DNA of 53,803 nt from Eledone cirrhosa (taxonomy: Eukaryota): NCBI GenBank assembly GCA_964016885.1, contig CAXHJY010000697.1:1-53803 (forward strand). Direction: 5' to 3'. A program made the position numbers and the translations under genes. Shown one piece after another: positions 1-14,194 of the stretch. The notes under the pieces are model-generated. The model saw only the letters and a program-made list of their open reading frames with translations. It did no database searches and was not told where the DNA came from. The first letter of the stretch is position 1; every line of letters starts with the position of its first letter.

Positions 1-223
1 ATAACGTCACCCATACCACCAGCATCATCATCAATGTCGCCGCTGCCACACCACCGCCACCGCCATCATCATCATCATCATCAACAACAATAACAATATC
101 GTCACAATCACCATATCACGATAATCGATCGCTATCAATCACCTGTCAGTTAGGTGATGGACACCTATAAATAGCTTTATATAATTTGGCAGCTGCTAAT
201 TCTATCAATCTACAGCTAATTAA

Positions 224-580
224 CTCTCACTCACTCTCTTGCTCTCACTGAACCCCTCTCTCTCTCTCTTACTCTCACTCAACCACTCTCTCTCTTACTC
301 TCACTCAACCACACTCTCTCTCTCTTACTCTCACTCAACTACTCTCTCTCTCTCTTACTCTCACTCAACCACACTTTCTCTCTCTTACTCTCACTCAACC
401 ACACTTTCTCTCTCTCTTACTCTCTCTCTCTCTCTTACTCTCACTCAACCACACTTTCTCTCTCTCTTACTCTCATTCAACCACTCTCTCTCTTACTCTC
501 ACTCAACCTCTTCATTCTCACACGTTTACTCTCACTCAGTTTGTATCACTAACTCACTCACACTCAAACACTCTCACTCA
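224..580. repeat. CT-rich minisatellite (~30-bp unit)
   Basis: ctctcttactctcactcaaccacact(t)ct repeated. Confidence 0.9.
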
Positions 581-596
581 AGGTCTTTCTCACAAA

Positions 597-1330
597 ATGT
601 TTCTATACTTTGGTACAAGGCCAGCATTTGGAAGGAAAGATTATATCGACCGCAGTATATCACTGGTACTAACATGTACGGCCGTTATGGTAATATTAAT
701 TGTTTCTATTTTTGGCACAAGGCCAGCAATTACCCAGTGCATTACTGATACTTTATTTTATCGACCCCGTAAGGATGAAAGGCAAAGTTAACCTCGGCGG
801 GATTCGAACTCAGATCATAAAGGGCCGTAACTCTTTGCTGCAAATCATGGCGTCCGACCCTCCACCGATACCGCCAGTCCACACCCTTTACATCCTCTGT
901 ATTATGGTAATAATAATTGTTTCTACTTTAGGCACAAGGCCAGCAATTACCCAGCACATTACTGGTACTTTATTTTAACGACCCCATAAGGATGAAAGGC
1001 AAAGTTAAGCTCGGCGGGATTTGAACTCAGACTGTTAAGGGACGTAACTATGCTGGAAAGCTTGGCGTCCAACCCTCTACCGATACTGCCAATCCACCGC
1101 CCTTTATGGTAATAATAATGGTTTCTGATTTAGGCACAAGGCCAGCAATTTTGTGGGAGGTGAAAGTTATATCGACCCCAGTACCTTACTGGTATTGTAC
1201 CGACACCGTAAAGATGGAAAGCAAAATAAACCTCGACTGGATTTAAACTTAGAACGTAAAGGACCCTATCCGGATGTGAGAACGTGTTTTGTCTGACGTT
1301 CTACCAGCAATACTGACAAACCACCGACCT
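597..1330 (-). mobile_element. Cluster of four SINE copies/fragments, same family
   Basis: Repeated tgtttcta..ttggcacaaggccagcaatt...cgaccccgtaaggatgaaaggcaaagt...ggatttgaactc starting near 597, 699, 917, 1118. Confidence 0.85.
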
Positions 1331-1561
1331 CTATAGTAGTAGTAGTAGTAGTAGTAGTAGTTGTAGTAGTAGTGTTAATATTATTATAATTATGATCTTG
1401 TTATAAGTTGTCATTTCTCTGATAATACGTAACGGTGTAAGCTTAATTACAAATGACTATTAATCTGTGCTTATTGTGGATTAGCTGTGGATTTAATGCT
1501 GTCTTAAGTTTGTTTCTTCATGTCTAATCAGCTAAAAACACACATTGCGCACACACACGCA

Positions 1562-1658
<97 letters not shown>

Positions 1659-1659
<1 letters not shown>

Positions 1660-1849
1660 ACGAAGGAAATGTGGTAAGGAACCAGGTGGACCATAACGCA
1701 CCAAAGTTCTCAACACTTAGGGTAGTAGAGTGGGTAATAGGAACAAGTAAGACCCCGACGGCTGAGCTCAAGCCGTTTCGACGGCTAATTCTGAGTCCAG
1801 AATTAGCCGTCGAAACGGCTTGAGCTCAGCCGTCGGGGTCTTACTGGTT

Positions 1850-1854
<5 letters not shown>
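1659..1854. mobile_element. Family E (TA)n-inserted element ending in a hairpin (1737-1854)
   Basis: 57-bp arms, 4-nt loop; related copies at ~3931-4110, ~12812-12937, ~16346-16552, ~51471-51650. Confidence 0.8.
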
Positions 1855-1887
<33 letters not shown>

Positions 1888-2265
1888 GTGTATATATAAA
1901 GTTGTGAAACGAAAGGAGCTGTGTGGTTACTAAAAACAAGGTTTCGGACGGAAGGACGGAATAAGAGGAGAGGAAAGGAAGAAAGGAGTTTCCATCGTCA
2001 GCTGTAAATGTATCCCGAACCGATGTTTCGGCGCTGAATTACAGGAAATCGGTGTAGTTCGGGTGCGCCCGAGGCCTTTTATTAATCAAAAGGCCAGGTG
2101 GAAAAGGAGAGAGAAAGAGAGAAAAAAAGGAGAGAGAAAAGGAAAGAGAGGGAAAGGAGGAAGAACAGGGGGAAAAAGATGAGGAGAAAGGAAAGGGGGG
2201 AAGAAGATGAGGAAAAAGGAAGAGGGGGAAATATATATATATATATATATATATATACATGCATA

Positions 2266-2331
2266 TATTTTATCTGATGAAAGCGCACCATAATTTACCT
2301 TGGTCGCCCTTGAAATATATATAATAAAATA
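2266..2331 (+). ncRNA. Minimal hammerhead motif, family A
   Basis: TATTTTAT-CTGATGA-imperfect stem II-GAAA-TATATA-TA-ATAAAATA; 8-bp stem I, palindromic stem III, AUA triplet. Confidence 0.7.
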
Positions 2332-2744
2332 AATATGGTTTTATAAATATAGTTTCCATTTATTAATACATTGTGTATATATATATATATGTTTCTTCCA
2401 CATATATGTGCCTATGCATTCATAGTCGTTCGCACGTAATCGTGTATTTCTGGCGACTTATCTGACTGTCTATCTCTCACTCTACCAAACTACCTCTCTA
2501 TCAGTGAATGGGTATATATTCACTCATCAAACACATGTCCTTGTGGTTCACTGAACGATATACGCAACTGCTAGTGAGGGTCCAATAAGATTGGTATCCT
2601 TTGTCATGTTTACATACCTACATATTTATTAGCTGTGTATATATACTGTATTTATAAGCGATGCTGCAGTGTCGGTTACATACTTTATATTTACACAGAT
2701 ATAACTTGATCATATACCTCGGCTAATAGACCACTTCACACTAT

Positions 2745-3165
2745 GTATGTCATCATCACCATCACTCGTCGACTACTGTCGAGATGATGGATCTCACTCT
2801 CATGCCCCAGAATCCCCGGTCCCCCATCGCTGCCCCCCAGGTCCTGTCTGCTGATTCCCGTATCCCTAGAGATAACGTGAGGGAATGACAGCTTCCTACT
2901 CCTAGTCAGGCTGGAGTCAGGGTTCCAGAGCAAGAGAGCGGATATGATTTCATTGCTGGCACGGTGACAGTGGCCAACAAATTGAGCTCTCCGGGATTTT
3001 AGAAGGGCAGAGGCTCGAGGGAGTTTGCCATAGATTTTAGACAAGGTGGGATGTCGTTTCCAGGATAGGTTTTGCACTCTCATTTAGAGGCGGGTATATG
3101 TGCCATCCAATCTCCTCTCAAGTTGTGATGTTAGTGTCCAAGTTTCGGATCCATAAAGTAATATT
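2745..3165 (-). mobile_element. 5'-truncated RTE-clade LINE 3' end
   Basis: ILLYGSETWTLTSQLERRLDGTYTRL*MRVQNLSWKRHPT...RRAQFVGHCHR, typical RTE C-terminal motifs; in-frame stop; (GAT)n-like tail. Confidence 0.8.
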
Positions 3166-3723
3166 ATGTATATATATATGTATATATATACAAGGATCGG
3201 AATTAAGAGTATTCCGCAGTTCACAGTAATACTCATAATTGTTTCTACTAAAGGCACAGGGCCAGCAATTACTCAGTGCATTACTGGTACTTTATTTTAT
3301 CGACCCCGTAAGGATGAAATGCAAAGTCAACCTCGGCGGGATTTGAACTCAGATCGTAAAGGGACGTAACTATGCTGGAAAGCAATAATCATAATATTAG
3401 CTCAAAGAAGAATAGAGAATTTTCTTCTGAGCTCAAATGCAAATATATTACACAAAGAGAAGTGTGTTACACAGTGAGATGTGTGTAAAGAATTATTACA
3501 AGTGAGTTTTACCGTTACTGTAATAATTCTTTACACACATCTCACTGTGTAACACACTTCACTTTGTGTAATATATATGTATATATATATATATATATTA
3601 CGCACACACGTACACACAACACACACATATATATATATATATATATATCCGAGAGCTTCCAACCGACATGGTCGCATTCTTTAAGGGCATGTCAATATTT
3701 GTTTATAAAACTGATCTATATTA

Positions 3724-3788
3724 TATTTTATCTGATGAAAGCGCACCATAATTTGCTTTGGTGTCCTTGAAATATGTATAATGAAATA
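3724..3788 (+). ncRNA. Minimal hammerhead motif, family A (diverged copy)
   Basis: TATTTTAT-CTGATGA-aagcgcacca...tggtgtcctt-GAAA-TATGTA-TA-ATGAAATA; shares downstream sequence with the 2266 copy. Confidence 0.62.
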
Positions 3789-4410
3789 GATATGGTTTTA
3801 TAAATATAGTTTCCATTTGTTAATATATTGTATTTTTACTCCAATAATTTGTTGAGTGCTTTATATCAGTTATAAAAATATTTTGCTTGTTGTATCCCAA
3901 CAAATTAAATATAACCTCTACATATATATATATAGGAACAAGTAAGACCCCGACGGCTGAGCTCAAGCCGTTTCGACGGCTAATTCTGGACGGCTAATTC
4001 AGTCCAGAATTAGCCGTCGAAACGTTCCTATTACCCACTCTACTACCCTAAGTATTGAGTACTTTGGTGCGTTATGGTCCACCTGGTTCCTTACCACATT
4101 TCCTTCGTCATATATATATATATATATATTTATACTTAAAATGTTACAGTATCCTAGAAGAGGATGGAAAGAAGAGAGATAGAGAGAAACGATACAGATG
4201 ATTATTTGCCAAAAGCAAGTGCATTCGTGGTCGATGCTTCTGCAAACAGGGTTAAATATTTAGTACGCGAAGTTTAGCAGAGCAATTATAATCGAAGAAG
4301 TTAATGGAAGAGTAGCAAGCCGTTAAAATACATTTATAAAAAAACGTATTTTAACGGCTTGCTTCTCTTTCATCAACTTCTGCGATTATTTTTATACTTA
4401 TATAAATATA

Positions 4411-4830
4411 TTTCATTTCATTTGAGTTTGAGTCCATGCTCAGGCCAAGTCGAAGACTCCACCCTCAGAGTCTGGTGTGGTTGCCAGGTTGGATTCTCTG
4501 TTTAATTTTGACATGTGTAGGAGCGAGTTTGAGTCAGTTTGTGCTCGTTGTGTATATCCTGGGAGATGGGGTTCATCTTTAATGGTGCTTAAGTATCTAT
4601 CCAGCTGCAATTTGAATGATTCCACACTGCATCCTGATAGATTTCTGACATGTACCGGAATGGAGTTGAATAGTTGTGCCCCTCGAACCAACAGACTTGA
4701 CTCTCGCAGGGTTTTTGCTGCCTGGCCAGCCCTTTTGTTGATTGGTGGTAGCTGGCAGCGTCTTCCGTGGCGCAGTGAGTGGTAGGTTTTGATACCAAAG
4801 TTTGGCACCTTTTGCTCTATCATTTTCCAA
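4411..4830 (-). mobile_element. 5'-truncated CR1/L2-group LINE 3' end
   Basis: SLLVRGAQLFNSIPVHVRNL...SFKLQLDRYLSTIKDEP ORF2 C-terminus followed by a short ctcaaa/tgaaa repeat tail. Confidence 0.75.
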
Positions 4831-5146
4831 ATGTATATAATTCGGTATCGCTCATATATATATCCAAAATTAAATTAAGGTTGTCATGTCCGAGAGACAT
4901 ACGCCATATTCACTGCAGAATAAGCTCAAAGATTCCAATGAATAGATCCGAGCATTTTATATCAACTAGAAATAGATTAACATATATATATATATTATTT
5001 TTATACTTATATAAATATATATATATATATCCAAAATTAAATTAAGGTTCTCATGTCCGAGAGACATGCTCCATATTCACTGCAGAATAAGCTCAAAGAT
5101 TCCAATGAATAGATCCGAGCATTTTATATCAACTAGAAATAGATTG

Positions 5147-5226
<80 letters not shown>

Positions 5227-5654
5227 AACACATGAAACAATCTCAGGGAATAATGTGTTTATTTTATATATATATATATATGTGTCAATCTATTTCTAGT
5301 TGATATATATGTGTGGGTGTGTGTGTGTGTGTGTAAGTGTATATGCGTGTCTGTAAGTGCATATGTGTGTCTGTAAGTGTATATATGTGTATGTGTAAGT
5401 GTATATATATATGTGTGTGTGTGTAAGTGTATGCATGTACGCATATATATATATATATATATATCCTTTTTCTCAGAAATATTCAGGCTTCCCCTCAAAT
5501 CCCTAATTCTAATCCTCACCTACGGAACTGGTTTAAAGAGGTGCCTACCTGTAATTAACACACCGGTATAATATATCATTGTTTCGGTCCTTTCATTAGC
5601 GTTTTTGGGTTAAAACCTCGCCATCATTTTTTTTTAACGGAAACACATGATATA

Positions 5655-6304
<650 letters not shown>

Positions 6305-6371
6305 ACGTACGTCTATTTCACAAAGCATGTTGCCTCGTCCTCTACCGATCCACCGTCCTTAATAATAATAA

Positions 6372-6575
6372 TGATTTCTACTATAGGCACGAGGTTATCA
6401 ATTTGGGGAGGGGGAGAAATTCGATTAAATCGACTCCAGTGCATTATTGGTGCTTTCGTTTATCGACCCGTAAGAATGAAAAGGAAAGCTAACCTCGGCG
6501 GGATTTGAACTCATAATGTAAAGGACCGCTCACATTTAAATATGTATGTATCTTCCCCCCCCCCCTCTCTCTCTC

Positions 6576-6631
<56 letters not shown>

Positions 6632-6980
6632 TGTGTGTAGATACATATATATTTACCTGTGAGTGTGTGTGTGTATTTGTATATATACCTATGTTGTTAC
6701 ATTTATGTATATATATATGTGTGTTGTGTGTGTATGCGTGTGTGTGTGTGTGTGTGTGCATGCAGGTGTGGGAGAATGTATGTCTATGTAATTAATTGTT
6801 TCTACTTTTGGCACAAGGCCAGCAATTTTTTCCCAGTCTATTACTGGTACTTTATTTTATCGACCCCGTAAGGATGAAAGGCAAAGTTAACCTCGGCGGG
6901 ATTTGAACTCAGAATGGCAAGGGCCGTAACACTATGCGTCAAAGCATGGCGTCCGACTCTCTACCGATACTGCCAACCCA
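6372..6980 (-). mobile_element. Two SINE copies (~6372-6527, ~6795-6980)
   Basis: Same family motifs. Confidence 0.82.
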
Positions 6981-7299
6981 ATGATGATAATAGTGGTAGT
7001 CCATGAGATCTGACCTGAGGCATTATCAACAACAATAACAGCTAGATCAGCAACACTAACCAGACACTTATCATACAAAGCCAGCGTCTAACAAAATGGC
7101 CGCCATATAAATTGAAAATCTCAAGTAAATGCTAAGCGTTTCCATTGTAAATCCATTGAAACGCAATGACCGCTCTCTCTTAAATTATAGTAATCCCTTT
7201 TTACTCACTGACCTCGACCTTATCTCTTTAACCAAATCCGTTTTACCCAGTGACCGATGGCAAAAAACAAGCAAATTAATGTATAGGAGCGGATGATTG

Positions 7300-7622
7300 G
7301 GTTAGTGGTTGTGGTGGTGTTAGTAGTGGCTGTGGTAGTGGTGGTGGTGGCTGTGGTAGTGGTGGTGGTTTTGGTGGTGTTAGTAGTGGCTGTGGTGGTG
7401 GTAGTGGTGGTTGTGGTGGTGTTAGTAGTGGCTGTGGTGGTGGTGGTGGCTGTGGTAGTAGTGGTGGTTGTGATAGTGGTGGTGGTTGTGATAGTGGTGG
7501 TGGTTGTGGTGGTGGTGGTGGTGGTAGTAGTGGTAGTGGTGCTAGTAGTGGTAGTAGTAGTGGTGGTGGTGGTAGTGGTAGTAGTGGTGGTGGTAGTAGT
7601 GGCTGTAGTGGTGGTGGTGGTA
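7300..7622. repeat. (GTG/GTA)n trinucleotide repeat
   Basis: Direct reading; explains poly-Pro and poly-Val ORFs. Confidence 0.95.
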
Positions 7623-7762
7623 GAAATCTGGCTGTGTTAATTAATTTTAAAGTGGCCGCTGACGTGTTAGCATGTGGAGGATGTTGTGAGACAAGACATT
7701 TCAAATGAATTAAATTTGCACTCTTTAGTGATGGCAAACATATCATTATATATGTATGTATG

Positions 7763-7876
<114 letters not shown>

Positions 7877-8009
7877 CGTGTGTGTGTGCGTGCGTGCGTG
7901 CGTGTGTGTATATCTATGTATGTCTGTATATATGCACTTATACCTGTTTATATATATATACATATATATATAGTGTGTGTGTATATGTAGAGGCAGACAT
8001 CTGTTTATA

Positions 8010-8078
<69 letters not shown>

Positions 8079-8559
8079 GCAGACATCTAAATAGCTGCAG
8101 GCCCGATGTAAGTCTGTTTTGTTATGTTCAGGAGCAAAGAAAAGAAAACAAAAAAAACAAAAAAATGAAAGCGAAATGATATTAGACGATAGAGAGAGCA
8201 AGACAAAGGGGGAGAAGGGTGAAAGAGAGAAGGGGGAGGAGAGATAAAGGGTGATAGAGGGAAGTGGGAAAGGGGAGAGAAAGGGTAATAGAGGGAAGAG
8301 GAGAAAGGAGAGAGAGAAAGGGTGGGAGGTAAGAGGCGGAAGAGGAGGTGGCGGGTGTAGAAGGAAGAAGAGAAAGAGGAGGGACAAGAGGAAGGAGAGA
8401 TGAAGGAATAAGCTAATCAGGTGATTTACCTCACATTTAAACCCAACAGAAATGACCATTAGCAAGCCAATAAAGGAGAGCTTAATTTCCAAATACTTTA
8501 CAGTGTAGAGCAGAGAATAATTGGAAGGAAAAACAAACATTCAATATATAACATCTGAT

Positions 8560-9210
8560 AATTGTTTCTACTTTAGGCACAAGGCCAGCAATTCACCAGT
8601 GCATTACTGGTACTTTATTTTATCTAGCCCGTAAGGATGATTGGCAAAGTCAACCTCGGCGGGATTTGAACTCAGATCGTAAAGGGACGTAACTATGCTG
8701 GAAAGCATGGCGTCCGACCCTCTACCGATACTGCCAATCCACCGCCCAATTCATTGCCAATTCACCATATTAATGCATCATAACATTAATTGTTTCTACT
8801 TTAGGCACAAGGCCAGCAATTCACCAGTGCATTACTGGTACTTTATTTTTTCGACCCCGTAAGGATGAAATGCATCATAACATTAATTATTTCTACATTA
8901 GGCACAAGGCCAGCAATTACGCAGTGTATTACTGGTACTTTATTTTATCGACCCCGTAAGGATGAAAGGCAAAGTCAACCTCGGCGGGATTTGAACTCAG
9001 ATCGTAAAGGGACGTAACTATGCTGGAAAGCATGGCGTCCGACCCTCTACCGATACTGCCAATCCACCGCCCAATTCACTGCCAATTCACCATATTAATG
9101 CATCATAACATTAATTGTTTCTACTTTAGGCACAATGCCAGCAATTACCCAGTGTATTACTGGTACTTTATTTTATCGACCCCGTAAGGATGAAATGCAT
9201 CATAACATTA
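8560..9210 (-). mobile_element. SINE tandem duplication (long+short unit, twice)
   Basis: Units start near 8561, 8788, 8887, 9114; higher-order period about 327 bp. Confidence 0.85.
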
Positions 9211-9963
9211 ATATCAGTTGATCTGTAACATCTGACAATGTTCTGAAATATTGGTATTAAATATAGTTGAACAGTAGCTAATAAATACCAAACAAAGGGG
9301 AAAAGGAAATGAAATGAAAAGATAAAAGTGATGAAGTAATGAAAGGGAGAAGGCCATACATTACACTCCAGCCTGGGAAACATCGCAAAAGCGTTACCGC
9401 AGAGAATGGTCAGAAACACTGCAACACTCACTCCATCAATGGGTTTGCTACCCCTAGTGGTTCACCGTCTTTCCGACAGGGGGTGAGATGGCTGGTTCAT
9501 TAGAAGGTCGGATAGAATGTTTTCAGGTATTTCTTCCGGCTTTTTACTCTCTGAGTTCCAATCCTGCCGAGGTCAACTTTTGATAGGGGTCGATTGAGGT
9601 CGAAAAGTACCAGTCAACTACTGAGGTCTATTCTTCCTCTATATATCTTTCTCATTTCCTCTCTATTCTTCACTTGAAGAAATCTGCTGTAGTCAGACCA
9701 GGAGAGGAGATGGCCACCACATGGTGTAAAATGTCATAGGAAGGCCGCTTGTCACCACGAAGACCTTACAATCCCAGTAGAAGTTAGGGGACCATGTATT
9801 GTATGTAATTAGCATTGTTTTATTTCCTCAATTATATGGCGACCAATTGGCAGAGTTCGTTGATCCTCGGAGACAAGGTTTTGTTTGAGGTATCCCTAAC
9901 GGCGCACTTGGTTCGAGACCTCTTCAGATCAACAATCCAAAATATATGTTTGCGTGTGTGTGC

Positions 9964-10021
<58 letters not shown>

Positions 10022-10100
10022 ATTCATATATATATATATATTCATATATATATATATTCATATATATATATATATTCATATATATTCATATATATATATT

Positions 10101-10153
<53 letters not shown>

Positions 10154-10233
10154 GAACAGATTAAAGTTTAAGCAAAGAATCGCTGCTTTCACCCTTAACG
10201 GGATCTTCGGATTTTAGTCTTCACAGTTACTAT

Positions 10234-10269
<36 letters not shown>

Positions 10270-10460
10270 ATAATAATAAATTTGAAGACTAAAATCCAAA
10301 GAGGGCTCGATAAGGATAAATATATATCAAATATATAAGAACCCTGGGGAAAATATTTATATAATCTGTTATTTTAATAAATGTATATATATATATATAT
10401 ATAATATGAATATATATACGTGTATATATGTGTATATATATAGGTGTATATATATACGTG

Positions 10461-10494
<34 letters not shown>

Positions 10495-10892
10495 ATATGT
10501 ATATATGTATATATATGTATGTATATATAATATGTATATATAATATGTATATATGTATAATATGTATATATATATGTATATATATATATATATGTATTCA
10601 TGTATGTATATATATATATATATGAATGTGTGTATATATAAATATAATCTGTATATATGATACATCAGATTTTGACAAGCTGTTACAATTTAGACTGATC
10701 TGTATTTAATCCCATTATACACACACATCCTCACATACACATGTACACACACATGCACACAGACACACATACATCTTCATACTCAAGTGCACACACACAA
10801 ACACACGCACATAAACATGTATTTACTCACACGCACATAGACACCGTCACAGACAATCACACGCACTCACACGCTAATATATTATATATATA

Positions 10893-11554
10893 TACAAAGA
10901 TCGGAATTAAGAGTATTCCGCAGTTCACTGTAATAATAATAATAGTATTAGCTCAAAGAAGAATAGAACATTTCCTTCTGAGTTCAAATGCAAGTATATA
11001 TTACACAAAGAGAAGTGTGTTACACAGTGAGATGTGTGTAAAGAACTATTACAAGTGATTTTACCGTTACTGTATAGGGAACAATATCTACAGGTTAGGC
11101 GGTGGATTAGCAGTATCGGTAGAGGGTCGGACGCCATGCTTTCCAGCATAGTTACGTCCCTTTACGATCTGAGTTCAAATCCCGCCGAGGTTGACTTTGC
11201 CTTTCATCCTTACGGGGTCGATAAAATAAAGTACCAGTAATGAACTGGGTAATTGCTGGCCTTGTGCCTAAAGTAGAAACAAATATCTACAGGTTAGCAA
11301 TTAAATAGAAAAACCCAATTCAGAATCAAATCTCTGGATTAGAGTTTGCTGACTGAGGATCCTGTGACCTGATACTTCACATATAGGTGGTGAAACGAAG
11401 CGAGATTCGTATCAGCAAAATATAGTTATAAGGTTTGTGATTTAAAACTCTAATCCAGAGATTTGATTCTGAATTGTTTTTTTTTCTATTTAATTGCTAA
11501 CCTGTAGATATTGTTCCCTATACAGTAACGGTAAAAATCACTTGTAATAGTTCT
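10893..11554. mobile_element. Family I (TA)n-inserted element with inverted repeat, interrupted by a SINE
   Basis: 11043-11348 (minus the SINE) is the reverse complement of 11446-11554; homologue at 3190-3576 has its own fold-back (3443-3500/3519-3576). Confidence 0.75.
11099..11281 (+). mobile_element. Full-length tRNA-derived SINE with 16-bp target-site duplication
   Basis: A-box-like TAGCAGTATCGG, B-box GAGTTCAAATCC, core cctttcatccttacggggtcgataaaataaagtaccag; TSD AATATCTACAGGTTAG at 11083-11098 and 11282-11297. Confidence 0.92.
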
Positions 11555-11679
11555 ATATATATATATATAGACAGACTGAATAAAAAATGGCGTAGACATA
11601 CAACACAACAGGAGGAAAAAAATATAACACCACTGACGATGTTGCAGATGTGCAACGAAAGATTTATGTAAATTATGTA

Positions 11680-11874
11680 AACTATATATATGTGTTTGTG
11701 TCTATATTGTATCTGTATTATTTTTGACCGTCGGTCAGTCAATGGCAACATTGAGGACCGAGTAAGTTAGATCGCAGATATAAAAGACAGCGAGAAGCGA
11801 AAACCAACCAAACAGTGAGTGTGTTCTGTTATTAATTCTGGCAATATTACGCAAATATGACCCTCCCCAAGTAT

Positions 11875-11948
<74 letters not shown>

Positions 11949-12636
11949 TAGAATGATCTAGAATCGGAATATCGGCCCACGAAATCACGATAAACAATAT
12001 CCGACATGTGTGGCAGAGGGCTCAATAGTTTGGATAAACCAGAGCTATAACTAACGTTAAAATACCAACACACAGAGATCATGCCTAAAATCACCCGTGC
12101 AGCCGAAAAAGAACGACCAGGAGGATTCGGGTCACTCAAATAAAATATCAATAAATTAATAAATTAAATATATATATATATATATATAGTTTTGCGAGGT
12201 TTTTGATATGAAATCGTGTGTCGAAACAAATATTGTTATACTTGGGGAGGGTCATATTTGTATAATATTGCCAGAATTAATAACAGAACACACTCACTGT
12301 TTGGTTGGTTTTCGCTTCTGTGTCTTTTATATCGGTAATCTAATTTATTCGGTCCTCAATGTTGCCATTGACTGACCAACGGTCAAAAATAATACAGATA
12401 CAATATAGACACAAACACACATATATATAGTTTATATATATGTGTTTGTGTCTATATTGTATCTGTATTATTTTTGACCGTTGGTCAGTCAATGGCAACA
12501 TTGAGGACCGAATAAATTAGATTACCGATATAAAAGACACAGAAGCGAAAAGCGAAAACCAACCAAATAGTGAGTGTGTTCTGTTATTAATTCTGGCAAT
12601 ATTACACAAATATGACCCTCCCCAAGTATAACAATA
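11680..12636. repeat. Three alternating-orientation copies of a ~200-bp repeat (family C)
   Basis: ~11680-11882 forward, ~12229-12428 reverse, ~12433-12636 forward; the last two form a palindrome; separated by (TA)n. Confidence 0.8.
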
Positions 12637-13028
12637 TATATATATATATTACTAATTGTTTCTACTTTAGGCACAAGGCCAGCAATTACCCAGTGCATTA
12701 CTGGTACTTTATTTTATCGACCCTGTAAGGATGAAAGGCAAAGTCAACATTCGATCCGTTTGCAATTATGCAAAGAAGCCTCAATTTTATAGCCATGCCA
12801 GTAGAATGAACTCGTCGAAACGGCTTGAGCTCTGCCGTCGGGGTCATACTTTTTCCTATTACCCACTCTACCACCCTAAGTATTGAGTACTCTGGTGCGT
12901 TTTGGTCCATCTGGTTCCTACCACAATTCCTTCGTTATATATAAATATATATATATATATATATTTGTATATATATATATATATATATGTATATTTGTAT
13001 ATATATATATATATATATATGTATATTT

Positions 13029-13060
<32 letters not shown>

Positions 13061-13063
13061 TTG

Positions 13064-13096
<33 letters not shown>

Positions 13097-13177
13097 TTGT
13101 ATATATATATATATATATGTATATTTGTATATATATATATATCTTTATATATATATATATCTTTATATATATGAATG

Positions 13178-13209
<32 letters not shown>

Positions 13210-13844
13210 ACGAAACAATATATAACAGAAACTAATTATAACAAAACCATTAATAATAATAATAATGATGGTTTCTAATTGGGGCACAAGGCCAGCAATA
13301 AGGAGGGGAAGTCAATTAAACCATCCCCAGTGCATTACTGGCACTTATTTTTATCGAAAGCAACATTGATATACGAGAAGGAAAGTGAAAGTAAACTAAC
13401 TGCACGTGGTTATTTTGGATGGGGGATGAAGGTGTAGGATGGTAGTAAATAGGGAGAAAGAGAGAGAGAGAGAGAGAGAGAGGGGGGCAGTGTCAGTATA
13501 GATTTATATATGAGGCAATAATCCTAGGACTATAACAGCGGAAACCCCTTATAAAATATAAAGTAATCTTCTGTTGCTGTTGTTGTCGTTGTTGTTGTTG
13601 TTGTTTTCATGTCTCTGGTTTCATTTAACAAAACAAAAACTCCGTAATAGGTTTTTAAAACTTGAAATCTTATTTTCTTCATATTCGAAAAATATATTTT
13701 TCTTATTTTTTTTTATTTTTCTTATTTTTTTATTTATTTTTTTCTTCTTTTCTTATTTTTTTTGTTTTCTTCTTTTCTTCTTCTTTATTCCCTTTTCTGG
13801 TTCTTCTTTGTATGAATGTGTATATAACCTGGCACCATACGTTA

Positions 13845-13886
<42 letters not shown>

Positions 13887-14194
13887 AGAGAGAGAGAGAG
13901 AGAGAGGGTTTTGTATGTGTGTGTACAATTTAGCACATATGAAAACAAAGCGTTAAACAACACAACGCCCATCCCTCGTGAACAAAAAAAAATACAACAA
14001 CAACAACAACAAAATATACAATTAAAAAAATATATAAATATAATATATGAATTTCAAAAAAAGAAAAAAGAAGAAAAGGAACACAAGTATGAAGAAGAAA
14101 AATGTAAAAAGCAAAATGTAAAAGAGTGAAAAGTAAAAACAGGAGAAGTAGAAATAGTTGAAAGCCGAAGATGAAAGGATTTAGTGGAATAATT

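Noticed and set aside
7276-7746. Proline-rich 156-aa ORF
   Set aside because: Trinucleotide repeat; no splice or homology support.
11099-11185. tRNA gene (A and B boxes)
   Set aside because: Head of a SINE with TSD; no cloverleaf.
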